Assembly (NCBI GenBank): GCA_020137815.1
Contig: CM035353.1
Span: forward strand, 5,146,001-5,210,000
From: Hormiphora californensis
Lineage: Eukaryota > Animalia > Ctenophora
Direction: 5' to 3'
Length of the DNA stretch: 64,000 nucleotides
Position 1 is the first letter of the stretch. Each line of letters begins with the position of its first letter. The notes under the pieces are model-generated. The model was given only the letters and a program-made list of their open reading frames with translations. It did no database searches and had not been told where the DNA came from. A program made the position numbers and the translations under genes. Shown piece after piece: positions 14,322 to 27,729 of the stretch.

Positions 14322-15653
14322 CCGATTTCTTGGTGTATTTCTTTGGTTTGTTCCGTCTGTACCGTCTGTCCAAGTTCCCTGCCGCCTCCATCATTCTCTC
14401 TATGTAATTCATGATTTCACTACAATATGGGGATGGGAAATATGTTACATTGATACAGAGATAATTCCAAATTGTTTACTGTAACGGGACAACACTGATA
14501 ATAATCGTTTATTATTGTGCCCAGGACTTGGGAACCTGAGAGTTAGTTTACACCCACCAATGCAGTTGGTACCACATTGATGAATGCCCTCACTCATTCA
14601 CAATCAAAAGTAAATTAACTGGTGGGAGGATATTAAGCAATTATCGATTTAGGTTCTTTCAACCATATTCACAACATACCGCCATAGAAATAAAGCATGA
14701 ACGGTCTTCAAACAGCTATTCAGCATCTCCCTCTTCAACTGATGATCTACCGCTGGTAGTGAAACATTTGTTTTCTGTTAAAACACTCGTGTTTGTAAGT
14801 ATTTGTAATTTACATAATATATTTTCTTTTGCCCAAGTTCTCTTGAACTTGGTGGCATCAATCTTATGTTCCTTGTAGTGGAACAGAAATCTTTTACAGA
14901 GGCGTTCTATTTCTATGTCTGTGCAGTAGGTGAGTGCTTGTTTCTGTAACGATAAAACGACCAGATTTTTCAGAGATTTCCAAGTCACTTTCCGTAATTT
15001 TTTCTGGCGATGAAGGTCGGGACATGAACTTGGTGGCATCAATTTCTTCAAGATATTGCCCAATAAAACACCCATCCTCCTGCTTGATAATCTCAAATAG
15101 CCACACTGAGCGGTTACTAGATTCTGACGGGTTAACGGTTACCATATTCTCGACATCCTCTTCAGATCCACCTTCGTATCGTATGGGGCTGGTTATATCG
15201 ATGAAATATTTTTGCTAACAATACATTATTAAACTCAGCTCTAATAAACTAATATACTGGTACAGTGGTAAATATAACAGTGGTACATGCCGCATCATAC
15301 TGGTACAATGGTATAGTATGGCATCCCCAGATGCTGATGATATCCCTGCCCATAGTCCACCAGCAGCTCTGCCCCAGCCGGAATGTCCACAACCATGTAT
15401 TACTGACAGCAGTGATCATGGAGTCCGATACCACCCTATCCAGCTCCTCCCGGTCAGCGATGGGGGGTCCTCCGTCCAGTTTCTTCAGATTTCCTGCTAG
15501 GATTTTGTCAGGAGTCCCGGTCCATTGGTACTCCAATTATATCCTCCATCCAGACATTACTAGCAGTGGATGGGTTTTCAACATTTCAAAATAAAAAACA
15601 AAATAACGTCATGAAAACAAACAAACGGATGAAGAGCGGGGTAGAGCGGTTAA

Positions 15654-16254
15654 GGCCAGAGGGGGGGGGGGGGGTCCGAGGGTTTAAAAAGTCACTTTCG
15701 GCCTAATCTAATGTTAACCTCATTTATCCATGAACCACAATAGCTACAAAGCTAAATTTAGTACTGAATGAAAGATCTAGTTACAAGGTCAGCTCAAACG
15801 AAGTTTCAGACCTCTACACCTAATGGTTGGAAAGAAATCTGAGGTTAACTTGATCCTCAAAAACTATGTTTTTCTTGAATATCTCGGATGAAATTTGGGC
15901 CAGTCTATGTCGTTTCATTTGAGAACCACTCATCCGTTAACCTCAGAACTTGGCAGGGATGTTCTTTGGATAGTCCTCTACAAAAGTGATGTAGCGATTT
16001 TTGATATCTGCCCCCGTTCAAAAATTATGAGGTTAACAATAGAGCCCGGTCGGCTAAAAATGCACTGTTAACCTCATAATTTTTGAACGGGGGCAGATAT
16101 TAAAAATCGCTACATCACTTTTGTATTCCTTGCGTATTCTTTGCGTAATCCTTGCGTAATCCTTGCGTAATCCTTGCGTATACCTTGCGTAATCCTTGCG
16201 TAATCCTTGCGCTTTTTAGAAAATGGAGAACCCCGCGAGTACCCCCCTCTGGCC
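15654..16254. mobile_element. TTAA-flanked MITE with GG..CC termini (Kolobok-like), with an internal (CCTTGCGTAAT)n array
   Basis: ttaa|ggccagaggggg ... cccctctggcc|ttaa; 11-bp repeats at ~16125-16212. Confidence 0.8.
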
Positions 16255-16258
16255 TTAA

Positions 16259-17648
16259 GGGTACGCTAACCAAAATTTTTTTTCGAGTGCAGGGAAATCT
16301 CTCACCGTAGGGTTGTAGGCCATGCCAAGGAGACCTCAAATATGCAATTTGAGCTCTCAAGTCGAATTCATATTTTTGCTACAGCTGTTTAAAAAATGTC
16401 ATGTAAATACGTTTTTGGCATCTCAAAAAATTTTTTTTAAAGATAGGAGCATGAAAATTTGGGGATCTGAAGAGGACATGAAGGTGAATAACCACAAAAA
16501 TTTTTTTTGCAATCCGAGCTGATTTCCGGTCCTGAGATGGATTTCTTTTTTTCCACTTTAACGCCCTATTTGGCAAAGTTCCGAAAACATGTGAAAGCTG
16601 TAAATTGGTGAAAAGTTGCGTCTAACGATTATCTAAGTGGCCATAAATTTTGGGCGTGTCCTTATTTGAGACAAGCTGTACAGAGTTTTTTTTGTGAAAG
16701 CCGTCATTTCAGAAATAAATAAATTCCCTGTATCTCAAAAACGGCTGATCGTAGAGACCTGAGACTATGCTTAAACGATTCAGAAGGTCCGATTTTGGGG
16801 GGGTCTTCTGAGAGACATTTTGCTCCTACTTCAACCGTTTTTGCTGTAATTGCGAAAAACAAAAACCCATCTTCGCCATCGTGGATTTTTTGTGATTTTG
16901 TTTTTGGTGATTATAGGGACCCATATGGACCAAATAGTGAAGGAATTAGCTTGTTACACATTTTTCCATAGTTTCGGTCCTTTCTTAGCCAAAATTCCCT
17001 AATTACAGGATATTGGAGTTTAGCTTTTGCCCTTTTCATAGAATTTGTTTTTCGCAATTACAGCAAAAACGGTTGAAGTAGGAGCAAAATGTCTCTCAGA
17101 AGACCCCCCCAAAATCGGACCTTCTGAATCGTTTAAGCATAGTCTCAGGTCTCTACGATCAGCCGTTTTTGAGATACAGGGAATTTATTTATTTCTGAAA
17201 TGACGGCTTTCACAAAAAAAACTCTGTACAGCTTGTCTCAAATAAGGACACGCCCAAAATTTATGGCCACTTAGATAATCGTTAGACGCAACTTTTCACC
17301 AATTTACAGCTTTCACATGTTTTCGGAACTTTGCCAAATAGGGCGTTAAAGTGGAAAAAAAGAAATCCATCTCAGGACCGGAAATCAGCTCGGATTGCAA
17401 AAAAATTTTTTGTGGTTATTCACCTTCATGTCCTCTTCAAATCCCCAAATTTTCATGCTCCTATCTATAAAAAATTTTTTTTGAGATGCCAAAAACGTAT
17501 TTACATGACATTTTTTAAACAGCTGTAGCAAAAATATGAATTCGACTTGAGAGCTCAAATTGCATATTTGAGGTCTCCTTGGCATGGCCTACAACCCTAC
17601 GGTGAGAGATTTCCCTGCACTCGAAAAAAAATTTTGGTTAGCGTACCC
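16259..17648. mobile_element. 1.39-kb foldback MITE, ~600-bp TIRs, TTAA TSD (Kolobok-like), copy 1
   Basis: ttaa|gggtacgctaaccaaaa ... ttttggttagcgtaccc|ttaa; ~180-bp unique spacer. Confidence 0.93.
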
Positions 17649-18989
17649 TTAATATGGGGATTGATTTTAGAGGTAGACGAGAGAGGGACAACAATCTAGA
17701 TTGTTGATAATTTAGTAGGCCACTGTAGGTCATGTTTTCTGCGCCATCGCTCCGTTAATTTTACCAAATCGCCATATTATCGTTTAACTTACTCATGGAC
17801 CTGACCAGGGATATTTATGCCATTAGGGAACCCTTCAAGTAGACTTATTGTTTGAGTTGTGAGCACTACATTGAGTATATAATATCTTCATTGAAAGCGT
17901 GTTGAAAGCGGCACATTATTACCCCCTAACAGCTAACTTTAACTTGATGCTCTCGTCGCTCACCTTTCGTTGCAGCCATGCATATATTCTGTAGAGGTAC
18001 TTAGCATCATTGCTCAGTGGCCTCCATTGTTCCGGCTGCAGCTCCTCAAGGTCGGGTGCCCTTATGGGGATGTACCTAATAACCTCCCACAGGTCCGTTG
18101 ATAGTTCTTCCCCGATTGTGTCCCAACCATTGGGGCCTTCCGCAGAACGGGGGCGTGTCCAGGGGCGGCCGCGGTAATCCGGCAGGTGGCGGGAATCCGG
18201 CGGGGGGCGGGACCTGCGTGGACGCTTTTAAGCCTGAGTGTTTGTGCAGTTTGTTTTAGTGGATCAGGCACACATTGAACTGCAGTGTCATCTCCGCCAG
18301 AGACTGGAAATGTATCAGCGCTCCTCCTTTCCGTCCCGTGTTAGCGGTGATAGCATAAGACGCAACCATTCTTTGTAATAACTTCTTCAGAGAAATAATA
18401 AAGAGTTTCTTTGAAACTGGCTGTGTGTACTGTGAAGCTGGGCTATCGCCGATCCACGCTGCACGACATTGTCAACTGACTTGTCCCCCCGAAGCAGTGC
18501 AGAGATTAGGTTGTTAACATGCTCGGAACAATCGTCGAGTGCAATTCTATGCCCAACTCCACATCGCAAATCTAACGGGGAAATTATTGCATAATCCCCC
18601 TGGTAAATAATAAAGAGCTGCAACGATAATGTTAGTTTAATACTTTCTCGAGTTCGATAAATCGCAGAATACAGAACTGCATTATCCGTGATAGTGGACA
18701 CGTATAATAGAAGTGCATTGAAAACTGCATAATTGTCAGCATTGTCAGATTCAGCAAACCCAGCATTCCGGCCCCTGGCAATTAGTATCATTATCACCGT
18801 AAAGAAGTAACATGTTTTGTCATTCTTCTCCGTCATCTCCATGTCCTCAATTACCTTGTTAATCTTCCCGTCGAACTAGACAGATTGTGCGGACAGTCCC
18901 TTCATGTCAGTAATATAGACCTTGCCTCAGCAGGGCACCATTACAATATGTTTAAATTATCCTTTATTCCACAGAGTATAGGATCCACA

Positions 18990-19944
18990 CTCGCCCCAAT
19001 AATTGAGAGTGGAACTCTGTTTGACGTTACATATCATGAATTACATATATTATTATTCTACTCTTCTATTATTATGCCTGCTCTCGTCTGTGGGAGCAGC
19101 TTCCCTGAATACCTTTGCTGCCCGCTGGTAAGTTACCACCCCAACAAACACGACCGGACATTTTCCTCCTCCTGGAACCGTGAGTGGTTAACAAAGCGGA
19201 GCCAGTTGCTGCTTTTGGGGTTGCCCCCATCCACAATGTGGGTCCCGTTGTTACCCCTCACCTTCCACGCATAACCCGAATCCTTCCCCGCTTGCTCCAC
19301 AGCCTTGTACTGGCTGGAAGTCAGCCTCTTCCCCTTGTAGTTTCCTATTAACAGGGGATCACTGAAAGCAGTGCTGAACATTCGACCACCCCAGAATCCC
19401 TCATTAAACCCTCGACCTGGCTAAAGAATTTTATCCCTGGCACAAATAGAAAAGAACCAACCACAAACTTCACCAACCCCTTTTTATAAGACTATAGTTG
19501 GTACAGGGGTGATGTACAGGGGTGATGTAACTGCGTAATTGTTCAAAATAAGCAGTTTTTTGGTTGTCACCCCTCACCTTCCAGGCATAGCCCGAATCCT
19601 TCCCCGCTTGCTCCACAGCCTTGTACTTGCTTGTACTGGCTGGACGCCAGCCTCTTCCTTTTTAGTTTCCTATTGATATAGGTTATTATGTATGTGACCA
19701 CGATAAACAGATACCAAAGAAAGTGGAAAAATATTTCTTTCTCTTACCGAGAACCAGGCCGCATTCAATGTCTTTTGTCGAAAAAAAACGCTAAGCCCAG
19801 CCTGTGGTATTCATATGGACTTTTTTATCTCCGCATAATATATCATGTGTCCCTGGGTCCGTATCCTCCTCCCGGCAGGGTGTCAGATCCCCATGCTCCT
19901 CACAGGGGCCAATCGTCCTTCTTTTATTAGGGATTCTACTCTTC
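18990..19944 (-). pseudogene. PR/SET-domain (PRDM-like) pseudogene
   Basis: Exon IPQAGLSVF(frameshift)STKDIECGLVLG|gtaag, then GNYKGKRL...GYAWKV...HIVDGGNPKSSNWLRFVNHSRFQEEEN (PR/SET signature). Has stops and frameshifts; partial duplicate exon at ~19560-19675. Confidence 0.75.
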
Positions 19945-20009
19945 TGAAAATATGTATTATGAACTACATTATATTATAATGTTGTTTGAATTGTTCATAC
20001 TATTATTTT

Positions 20010-20085
20010 TTCCCTGCCCGGGTGAATGCCGAAGGCATTCACCCGGATGCCTTTTTACTTTGTAAAAAGGCATAGCAGGGTTAGA
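20010..20085 (+). mobile_element. Helentron/HINE-like terminus (paired hairpins inside a short inverted repeat)
   Basis: ccctgc + hairpin cgggtgaatgcc-gaa-ggcattcacccg + hairpin atgccttttta...taaaaaggcat + gcaggg. Confidence 0.45.
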
Positions 20086-20574
20086 ATTCGAAAACGACAT
20101 TTTGGTATACTAACTAAATTGGTAGAGGGACCTTTTTGGTCACACTTTCGTTGCGAGGGGCAACCCGGTACCACCCGGTGTACTCAGCGTAGCAACTGAG
20201 CCGTGCGCACATCAACAAGGTGCTCCTTTATCAAAACTTACAATGACACAGTTTGATGGACGTGTATGCGTGTGCCACTCAACAAAACATGAATAGCGCT
20301 GCCGCGTGTTTCGCGTGTCACATACACATTGTCAATGTCATCTTGCGAGTCGAGTGTGAGAGGTTAGATAAGTAGTTAAGTTGGAATGTCAAAAGCTGGT
20401 TAGCAAGTGTCATGTGAGTAAACTAAGCTATGTGAGAAGTATACTGACAGCTAGATCGTATGCATCTCACATTACATTATGACCAAGCCTTGATCCTGTT
20501 GAGAGTGACACGTGAAACGGTAGGGCAGGGAAACACAGCATTATGAATACATAATGCAATGATACTTGTTTATT

Positions 20575-20880
20575 TTATAAAAAGGTACAACAGCACAAAA
20601 TGTTGTTGGATAACGGGTCAAGTCTCTGAACCTGTTTCGGCATGTGGAGCAGAACATGGAAATTGTTCGTCGTAAATCCAGGTCCAAAGATCCGGAGAAC
20701 CTCCTTAAAAAAGTTGTCAATCTGTTCTTCCGCTGTTTCGATGTCAGCTGTTGACGGTGACGTGCCGGAGGGCAGGATGGTGGCACTAGGTGAAACCAAG
20801 CACAAGCTGTTGAGACAGAGGGAGCCCTTCAGGAAGAACGCAATGTGGCCAGTTTCAGTCACAGTGTCCGTTCCTACATT
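20575..20880 (-). pseudogene. CACTA/EnSpm-like transposase C-terminal fragment
   Basis: AEEQIDNFFKEVLRIFGPGFTTNNFHVLLHMPKQVQRLDPL fits the F..(Y/F)G...T.N.H.LLH...V...GPL motif. Confidence 0.65.
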
Positions 20881-20917
20881 CCCCTGTATTCTTTTGCGTT
20901 TCAATGTTAATATTTAA

Positions 20918-21370
20918 AGGTTGACAAGATACCTAAAACTTTTCGTATATCGTCTTATTTTGATTTATCATTAATTTTCAGCATTTTTTTCAGAATTTTT
21001 TGTCGGCTAGAAAAAAATTCGAAATAGGGGGTCTACCGATATTGTCAGCACTGGTTTTACTGGGCACACTCACTGCGTCTCGCAAATTGAAATTCACGTT
21101 TCCAGTTCCTCAAAAGATAAAGACTTGATCTTGGTTGCGTTGGATTGGTCTCAATAAGACCTTTCCAACGCTACCAAAACGGTTTCTGTATCTCATCAGG
21201 AACCGGAGATATTACGTTATCAATTTTAAAAAAAAGGCACACTCATTTGTCAGTAGACCCCCTATTTTGCACATATTTCTAGCCGACAAAAAATGCTGAA
21301 AAAATGCTGAAAATTAATGATAAATCAAAATAAGACGATATACGAAAAGTTTTAGGTATCTTGTCAACCT
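20918..21370. mobile_element. TTAA-flanked MITE with AG..CT termini (Kolobok-like)
   Basis: ttaa|aggttgacaagatacctaaaac ... gttttaggtatcttgtcaacct|ttaa; TIR ~90 bp. Confidence 0.9.
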
Positions 21371-21620
21371 TTAAAGTAAAAAAGTCATAATATTATTCAT
21401 ATCGAACGATATCTCTCAGATTAGTTAAGATCATTAAGAATTGAACGAGTGGTTTTAGTATGAACTGATCAAAATCGCAGCCAGAGGTTTTCAAGAAAAT
21501 CAAAGGGGTTAAAATATTTTTAAATCTAACGACAGTTGGTTATCATCACAGGGTACATACTCGATATAGACGAATTCGTGGTCTGCACACCATCACTATT
21601 AATATTTAAAGTAATAAAAG

Positions 21621-21990
21621 TCATAATATTATTAAAATTGAATGATATCTCTCACTTTGATTGATGTTGTTGTCTCTCACTTTGATGACCTCATCGATCA
21701 TGGGGCTACGCACCGAACTGGCATTTTCCTTTTGGACTTCACTCATGATTCGTACCATGAAAGGGTAATGCGTACTAATGAAATCCAGAAGTAGCCCCTT
21801 CACGGGAGTACAGTGGAAGAGGAGCCCGCGTTTCATCACATCAGTCCCACATACACACACCATGCCACTGCCAGGATTGACGGGTGCAACAACCCTGTCA
21901 GAGCACTTTTCGTTGGGACACGCTCTAGATACTCCACAGCTTCACGGGCTCTGCTGCACTCAGCTCAGTGTCAAACTTGGCTTTACTTTA
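21621..21990 (-). pseudogene. Cys-rich fragment, probably the N-terminal part of the same CACTA-like transposase
   Basis: RACPNEKC...MVCVCG, on the same strand and upstream of 20575-20880. Confidence 0.35.
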
Positions 21991-21994
21991 TAAC

Positions 21995-22400
21995 CTAGGT
22001 AGCTGGGGACAAGTAGAAAGGGTTTCCTTCTGCAGCTTCAAGGCGGGTTTTAAAAAACAGCCTTCTTGCGTGAGTAAACACTGATTTGGTGGAGCGGATC
22101 TCTGCTATGAATGCTTCCTCTGTTTTTAGCACTTTCTCATGTGGTACCGGTTTACCTTTGTTTTTCTTTTTGAGTGCTTGCTTCAGCGCTTTCTTGTATA
22201 TCCGTTCAGCTTTCCTGCGCCTCGAAGGGCATCGTAGCACTCCTGTGTGAACCATTGCGGTTTATTCGAGAGTTTAATTTCTCTTTCCTCAATTGGAGCC
22301 AGCTCATCCAGTATTTGTCCCAGAGTCGTATTGTAGAGTTGGACACATTCTTCCACGGAATGTGGGAGAGGGAGTTGACAGAGTTTCGATTCTGATAATA
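21995..22400 (-). pseudogene. L2/CR1-type LINE fragment (linker between endonuclease and RT)
   Basis: VQLYNTTLGQILDELAPI...KPQWFT, frameshifting into RRKAERIYKK. Confidence 0.7.
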
Positions 22401-23407
22401 TGATATATAACACCCTCATCTTGGTATTTTTCTGGGGGGTGGGGGCCATTGAATGTCTTAAATCGCTTGAAACTGTGAATTTGAAGTGTTATAAGAGCAC
22501 CGTTCGGTCCTACGTGGGGTCACCTTTCCAGCCAATCAATTGTGAATTGGTAAGATGACCTTCCTGATTCCTTTTGCCCAGTAGCCGGCCGCATTATATG
22601 CCCCGTTTTCCTGCTCTTGTCTTGTTTCAAATTCCAAGAGAAAATGGACAAAGTTTTCTGGGCTGCTGACCCACGGGTCCTTTGTTTGTTGGCTGTAACC
22701 TTCTTCGGGGGAGCCCATCTTGACTGGGGGTCATGGAGATTGCTGGAGGTTTTCTTCTTTTAATAATTAACTAATATAATATAACGAAATTTAATTATAG
22801 ATTATTGGACGTCTTACGAGCAGGTACACCCTCCACCGGAGACTCAATCATTGTCAATCATTGTTTTAGTAACTAGAAAATTGTTTACAACCGAACTGCA
22901 CTATAACTCCGATCTTCGAGGTGTATCCCCGTGACCTTTCACCCCTTTTTTGGTAGGTCCCATCTTCCTTGACGGAAATTTTGACCGGATCAACTCCGTG
23001 TTTTCCTTCCTGTGTGCATTTAAAGACTTTTCCCGGTTTTCAGACAGTAACTCCTCGGCCTGAGAAACCATGCACTGTGCTTTCAAAGATGAGAACACCC
23101 CCGCTCTCTCATTTCTCAACCTACTGACTGGGAAATGTACTGTGTTGATTGAGAGAAAGGTGGTGTTGTGGTAAATATTTATTTTAGTCGAGTTGAACAT
23201 GAATGAAACAAACCGTTTTCAAGTTTAAAAAGGGGTAGTATAAAATATATTATTTGTCCTGCAGCATGTGAAGTAGTGGGGCACACAGTGCCTTGATGTC
23301 CAGGGGTGGCAGATCATATTGTTTATAATGTTAAACAAAAAATCAAAAGAAAACTATTGATATTTTCTTACGTTACGAACGTTTCATGGCAATTAAAAGA
23401 CCAATCT

Positions 23408-24200
23408 TCAGACGATATAGGATTTATAATGTTTGATAGTGTCGTTGGTGTTGCTGTATCTGGAAGGGAGTTGCTGGAGATTGGCCGCGAGGTGCCGAAT
23501 GTAATTGATGTTACTGGGCGGCAGGTTTGCAAACTCTCGTCCCAAGTCTACTGCTTCCCTGATAGCATTGTTTCTCTTTATACATAAAACGGGTAAGGGT
23601 ACTTGGTTTGCTGGAGTGTGGGAGCTAGCTGCGGCTCTAGCAGCGCTGTCTGCAAGTTCATTCCCTAAACAACCTGAATGACCCCGTACCCAGTGTAGTT
23701 CTACTTTTCCAATTCGAAGCACTAGCTTGTCCAGGGTGGTTGCTGTTTGGTGTAATTCTAGCATTGTGGTGAGAAAAGGGCTTGCCAATTTCCTGAGTAC
23801 TGCCTGGCTATCTGAGAAGATATAAAGTCCTGTGCAGAAGTTTCCTGGGATGAGTAATTCCTGTTGTGTACCCGCCTCTAACTCAGAATGGCGATCAGTG
23901 GTGGACGGCCACTAATCACTCTTACCCAGACACAGCCTACTCTGTCCTCCGCGAATAGGGACCCACCTGTGAACAGGTGTGTCGCTCCGTTAAAATCGAT
24001 CCTATAGATCCCATCCTGAATGATAACCTGGAAGCGACGGTCAAGGTTGGAGGAGTGATGCTTCTTTACCTCCGTCAGGGGATTGCGCATGAATCGGGCA
24101 GCCTCCATATTGGCTCTCGAACATACCACTGAGGATAGTGGAGTTATATTGGCGAGGTTAAATATCCCAAACTCAAAGGCAAAACCATTGAGATACACGG
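23408..24200 (-). pseudogene. Non-LTR retrotransposon RNase H fragment (R1/I group)
   Basis: HLFTGGS ... IFSDSQAVL ... VELHWVRGHSGCLGNELADSAAR. Confidence 0.8.
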
Positions 24201-25173
24201 CTACACGTTTTGTTCGACACCGAGGGCTTAGAAACAGACATACCGCTCATTTTAGACGGGCCATTCCCGCTCTTGACTTGTATGTAACGCGCCGAGACTC
24301 CTGTGATATAAAAGTGCAGGGCGCGTAGGCAATGCGCAAAGTTTTAGCTGCCCGCGCGCAGGTCCTTCTCCTTCTCATTTTGCCGCCATTTCTCTAAATG
24401 CCTTCTTGCCTTGGAGTTGGAACGTCGTTTCTTGTCTCCTGTTTGTATGTGTTCTGGTGCCTTTTTGTGTTCCTTGTCTGGTAGTGATTGACTGATTTTC
24501 GGTTCCTACATGAATCTTTTAGGCATGTTTTAATGTTTCGAGCTTGTAGTTTCTCAGTTCTCTCTCATATCTGATATTTTAGTTTGGTAAAATGACTTTA
24601 TAAACTTGATTAAAGGCTAACTGAAAGATCGGTATATTAATCAGTAGTTATTAACAGACAACAGTCCATTCTATATGGCGTAGTTGGAAATAACAGTGTA
24701 TAGCTGTTCTGTGTCTTGGGTCCGGTGTCCTGGTGGGTAGGTGGCCTGGGAGGAAACGGGTCATCTTCGCAATTACGGGTGGCCGTAGAGTACCTACATC
24801 TGGCCTCGCAATATCATATTATAAAAGAAAACACGGTGACTTTTGGGGCTGTGGCATTGCCACCACAGTTGAATTTAATTCGAATGGCTCATTTCCCCAA
24901 TATATTTTGTTAATATTTTGTCGACCATTAGTTGTCTTTTGCAGCCTATGCAGCTTGCTGAAATAAGAAATACCTTCTCAGCATTTGCAGTTTCTGTTGT
25001 GTATTTTTGCTGAAACTTGGAGCTAAGTATGTGCAGCAGACCACTTATCCAGACCCTCACTAGAAATTCCCCATCACAATCCCCGTCCCGGGTCCCCCTC
25101 CCCGTTTCTGATACGTTCCATCACACTTTATTGTGATCTAAGGTTCCCCTCGCAAATCTCCTGAGCTATAAAT

Positions 25174-25379
25174 GGGGGGGGGGGGGGGGGGTCCAGCCCT
25201 AAAAAAGCTAACGGTACCCTGATTTTGGTCTATGGCCTTTTTTAACTTTTTTTAGCCCCTATTTTCTTTAAAAAAATTCAAAGCTATTTTTCAATGTCCT
25301 GAAAGAGCACAAAAAAGCTAAAGGTACCCTAATTCTGGCCGATGGCTTAGCTTTTTAGGGCTGGACCCCCCCCCCCCCC
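25174..25379. mobile_element. Small MITE with polyG/polyC ends; partial copy at ~48600-48688
   Basis: (g)n tccagccctaaaaaagctaa ... ttagctttttagggctgga (c)n. Confidence 0.75.
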
Positions 25380-27729
25380 AATTGCCCCTCCACCTATTAT
25401 CTACAACATTTATAGATCATTATTAACCATTATGATGCAATAATAATGTATATATTTAGGGGGGATGTCTCATGTCTTGATTTGTATCGAAAATAACAAC
25501 GATGCCAACATTGGGTACGTGTGTACTATCCCCCCGTTCTGGTATGTTCCATCACTCTTGATAGTAATCTGTACGAGCTGGCAGCCGTCAGAATCATGTT
25601 GGTTAGTTTCACGATAGCAACAGGACCACTAGTGCAGCTCCAATATAGCATGTCATATTAAGCAGGAAAACACTGTGGCTGGGCCCAATTCTTTTCAGCA
25701 AAGTGGACTGCTACCATCAAATGCTCCTCCAACATATTGCCTGTGCCTGGGAATCTTTTCTTCAGTGTTGCCACAGCCAGGTCTGCTTATCCCGACCATG
25801 TATTGTCACTGGCACTAGGGTTTCCCATATTAAACACCTGTGACAGGTCGGTTCCTTCATCGCTATCAGGGACTTTCAGGCACAAAATCACACGTTTCCT
25901 GGAAATGCTGATGTGCTCTCTTCTTCCCCTTCCTTCCTTGGCCACGTTTTCACCCTCTCCAAAATTTGGACGTAGACAAGATAATTGCCATCAGGTCATA
26001 CAGGATCGACAGGTCGTGCTGGAGGAACTTCAGGTCTTTCAGAAGTTTTGGTGTCCGCAGCTTCACGCCCATTTCACCTGCCAGTTCAATCGCCAACTCG
26101 TTTATCTTGGGGTCACGGAAAAACTTGACCACTGCCGCCATATCCTCATGCACTTTCTTCAGTTCAGGGAATGCCTTCAGGGTGTGACGTGTCTGAAGCT
26201 GAGCTCATTCATATATGGGCCCCGTCCCATACCCAGAAGATCTCACTCTTCTTGCCCAACTTTTCGGCAACATGTTCAGCAAAGTGGACTGCTACCATCA
26301 AACTGTTTCTTTAGTTTTTGAAAATCGAGCTAAAACATGCTAGTCGCTAGACATATTAATACTAGTAATAGTATTAATATAATTAATAGTTATTAATTAT
26401 ATTAATACTATTTTCACATATTAATACTATTTTCACTAATGTGCTAGTTAGCAGCTAACGGTGTAGCAGTGTGCGTGACAACTTTTTTCGTCATAGAAAC
26501 TATCTCTCTGTCATAGAAACAACTTTAAGTTATCTATTTGAATGAATGGGGGTAGAAGGATTAGGGAACATGGCGGGGTGGAGCAGTGTTTTTGGAGTAG
26601 GGTGGAAAACTTTGGAAGGGGGGGGGGGGGGTCACTACAGAGCCTCAGGGCTATCCATCATACTTTCGCACTCACACTTACCCTGGCCGAGCCGGGGTCA
26701 ACGTCATGAAGGCGGTTAGGAAGTTGTTTCTTATTTCGGAAAAACTCATGTCTTCTAAAGTCCAAGAACGCCCTAACAGCTAGTTAGCAGCTAACGGTGT
26801 AGCAGTGTGCGTGATGAAATGCAACTAACACAAACCTTTGTGTACGGGTATAGTTTTGTATCTGAACAAGATAATCTCAGTTTGTCCTTCTTTTCTGAGA
26901 GGCCACGCCTCTAGAACAACTTTTTTCGTCATAGAAACTATCTCTCTGTCATAGAAACAACTTTAAGTTATCTATTTGAATGAATGGGGGGGGGGGGGTT
27001 GGTAGAAGTTTTTGAAGTAAACTTCAAAAAGAAACTGAGGGTGAAGAGAAGACTTTCCAGGGCCTTTGCCGCAGATGTTATATGTTTTAGGAGGCATCCT
27101 GTTACCAATGATGGCTATTCAGAGGTCAGTGCCCCATTTTTAAGTGTGCACACTACCTCACGTTGAGGATTTTTTACTTCCTCTGAAATCTAAATCACGA
27201 GTTTGTATTTAGATAACAAGAACACAATCATATTATGACAAAAAATACACCCTGTAAATGTATGAATTATATATATATATATAATATATATCGGTCGGTA
27301 GATGGACCGGGATGGATGGTATGAACTATTTGTTTCGTGAACTTACCCTCCACCAATGCCATCATGTGTGACATGAAAATAAATACTCGTCTTCCAATGG
27401 AAACAATATCATATTCCGTAAATATCATTACCAAATTAAAACAAGTTGGTTTCAAACAAATGTTTCGATCACAAAGATCTCTTCAGTGGCATGTGTTCCA
27501 TTGTAGTGTGAAAATATCAATACCATAAATATCAATACCCTAAAAGATGAGAAAATGAAGAAAAAAGAAGTTGCAGGCTGAAAATCAGTACTGGTCTAAC
27601 ACACAAAAGATGATAAATACCAATTCTTTCACTATTATAAATTGTATGATACTTCAAAAGATAATAAAAGAAGATCAATTTAACGTGTTTCATGCGTCAT
27701 CATCGTCTGGAAGTCCCTCGTTTCCTATA

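Noticed and set aside
13937-14484. Cys/Pro-rich repeat ORFs
   Set aside because: Translations of 11-bp repeats inside a palindromic MITE.
16115-17585. Recurrent 65-81 aa ORFs (MPNRALKWKK..., MRAQIAYL...), also at ~30.4, 35.7 and 36.7 kb
   Set aside because: Chance ORFs in the TIRs of the repeated foldback MITE. The first ~34 aa and last ~40 aa of the 1020-aa ORF are likewise MITE-derived.
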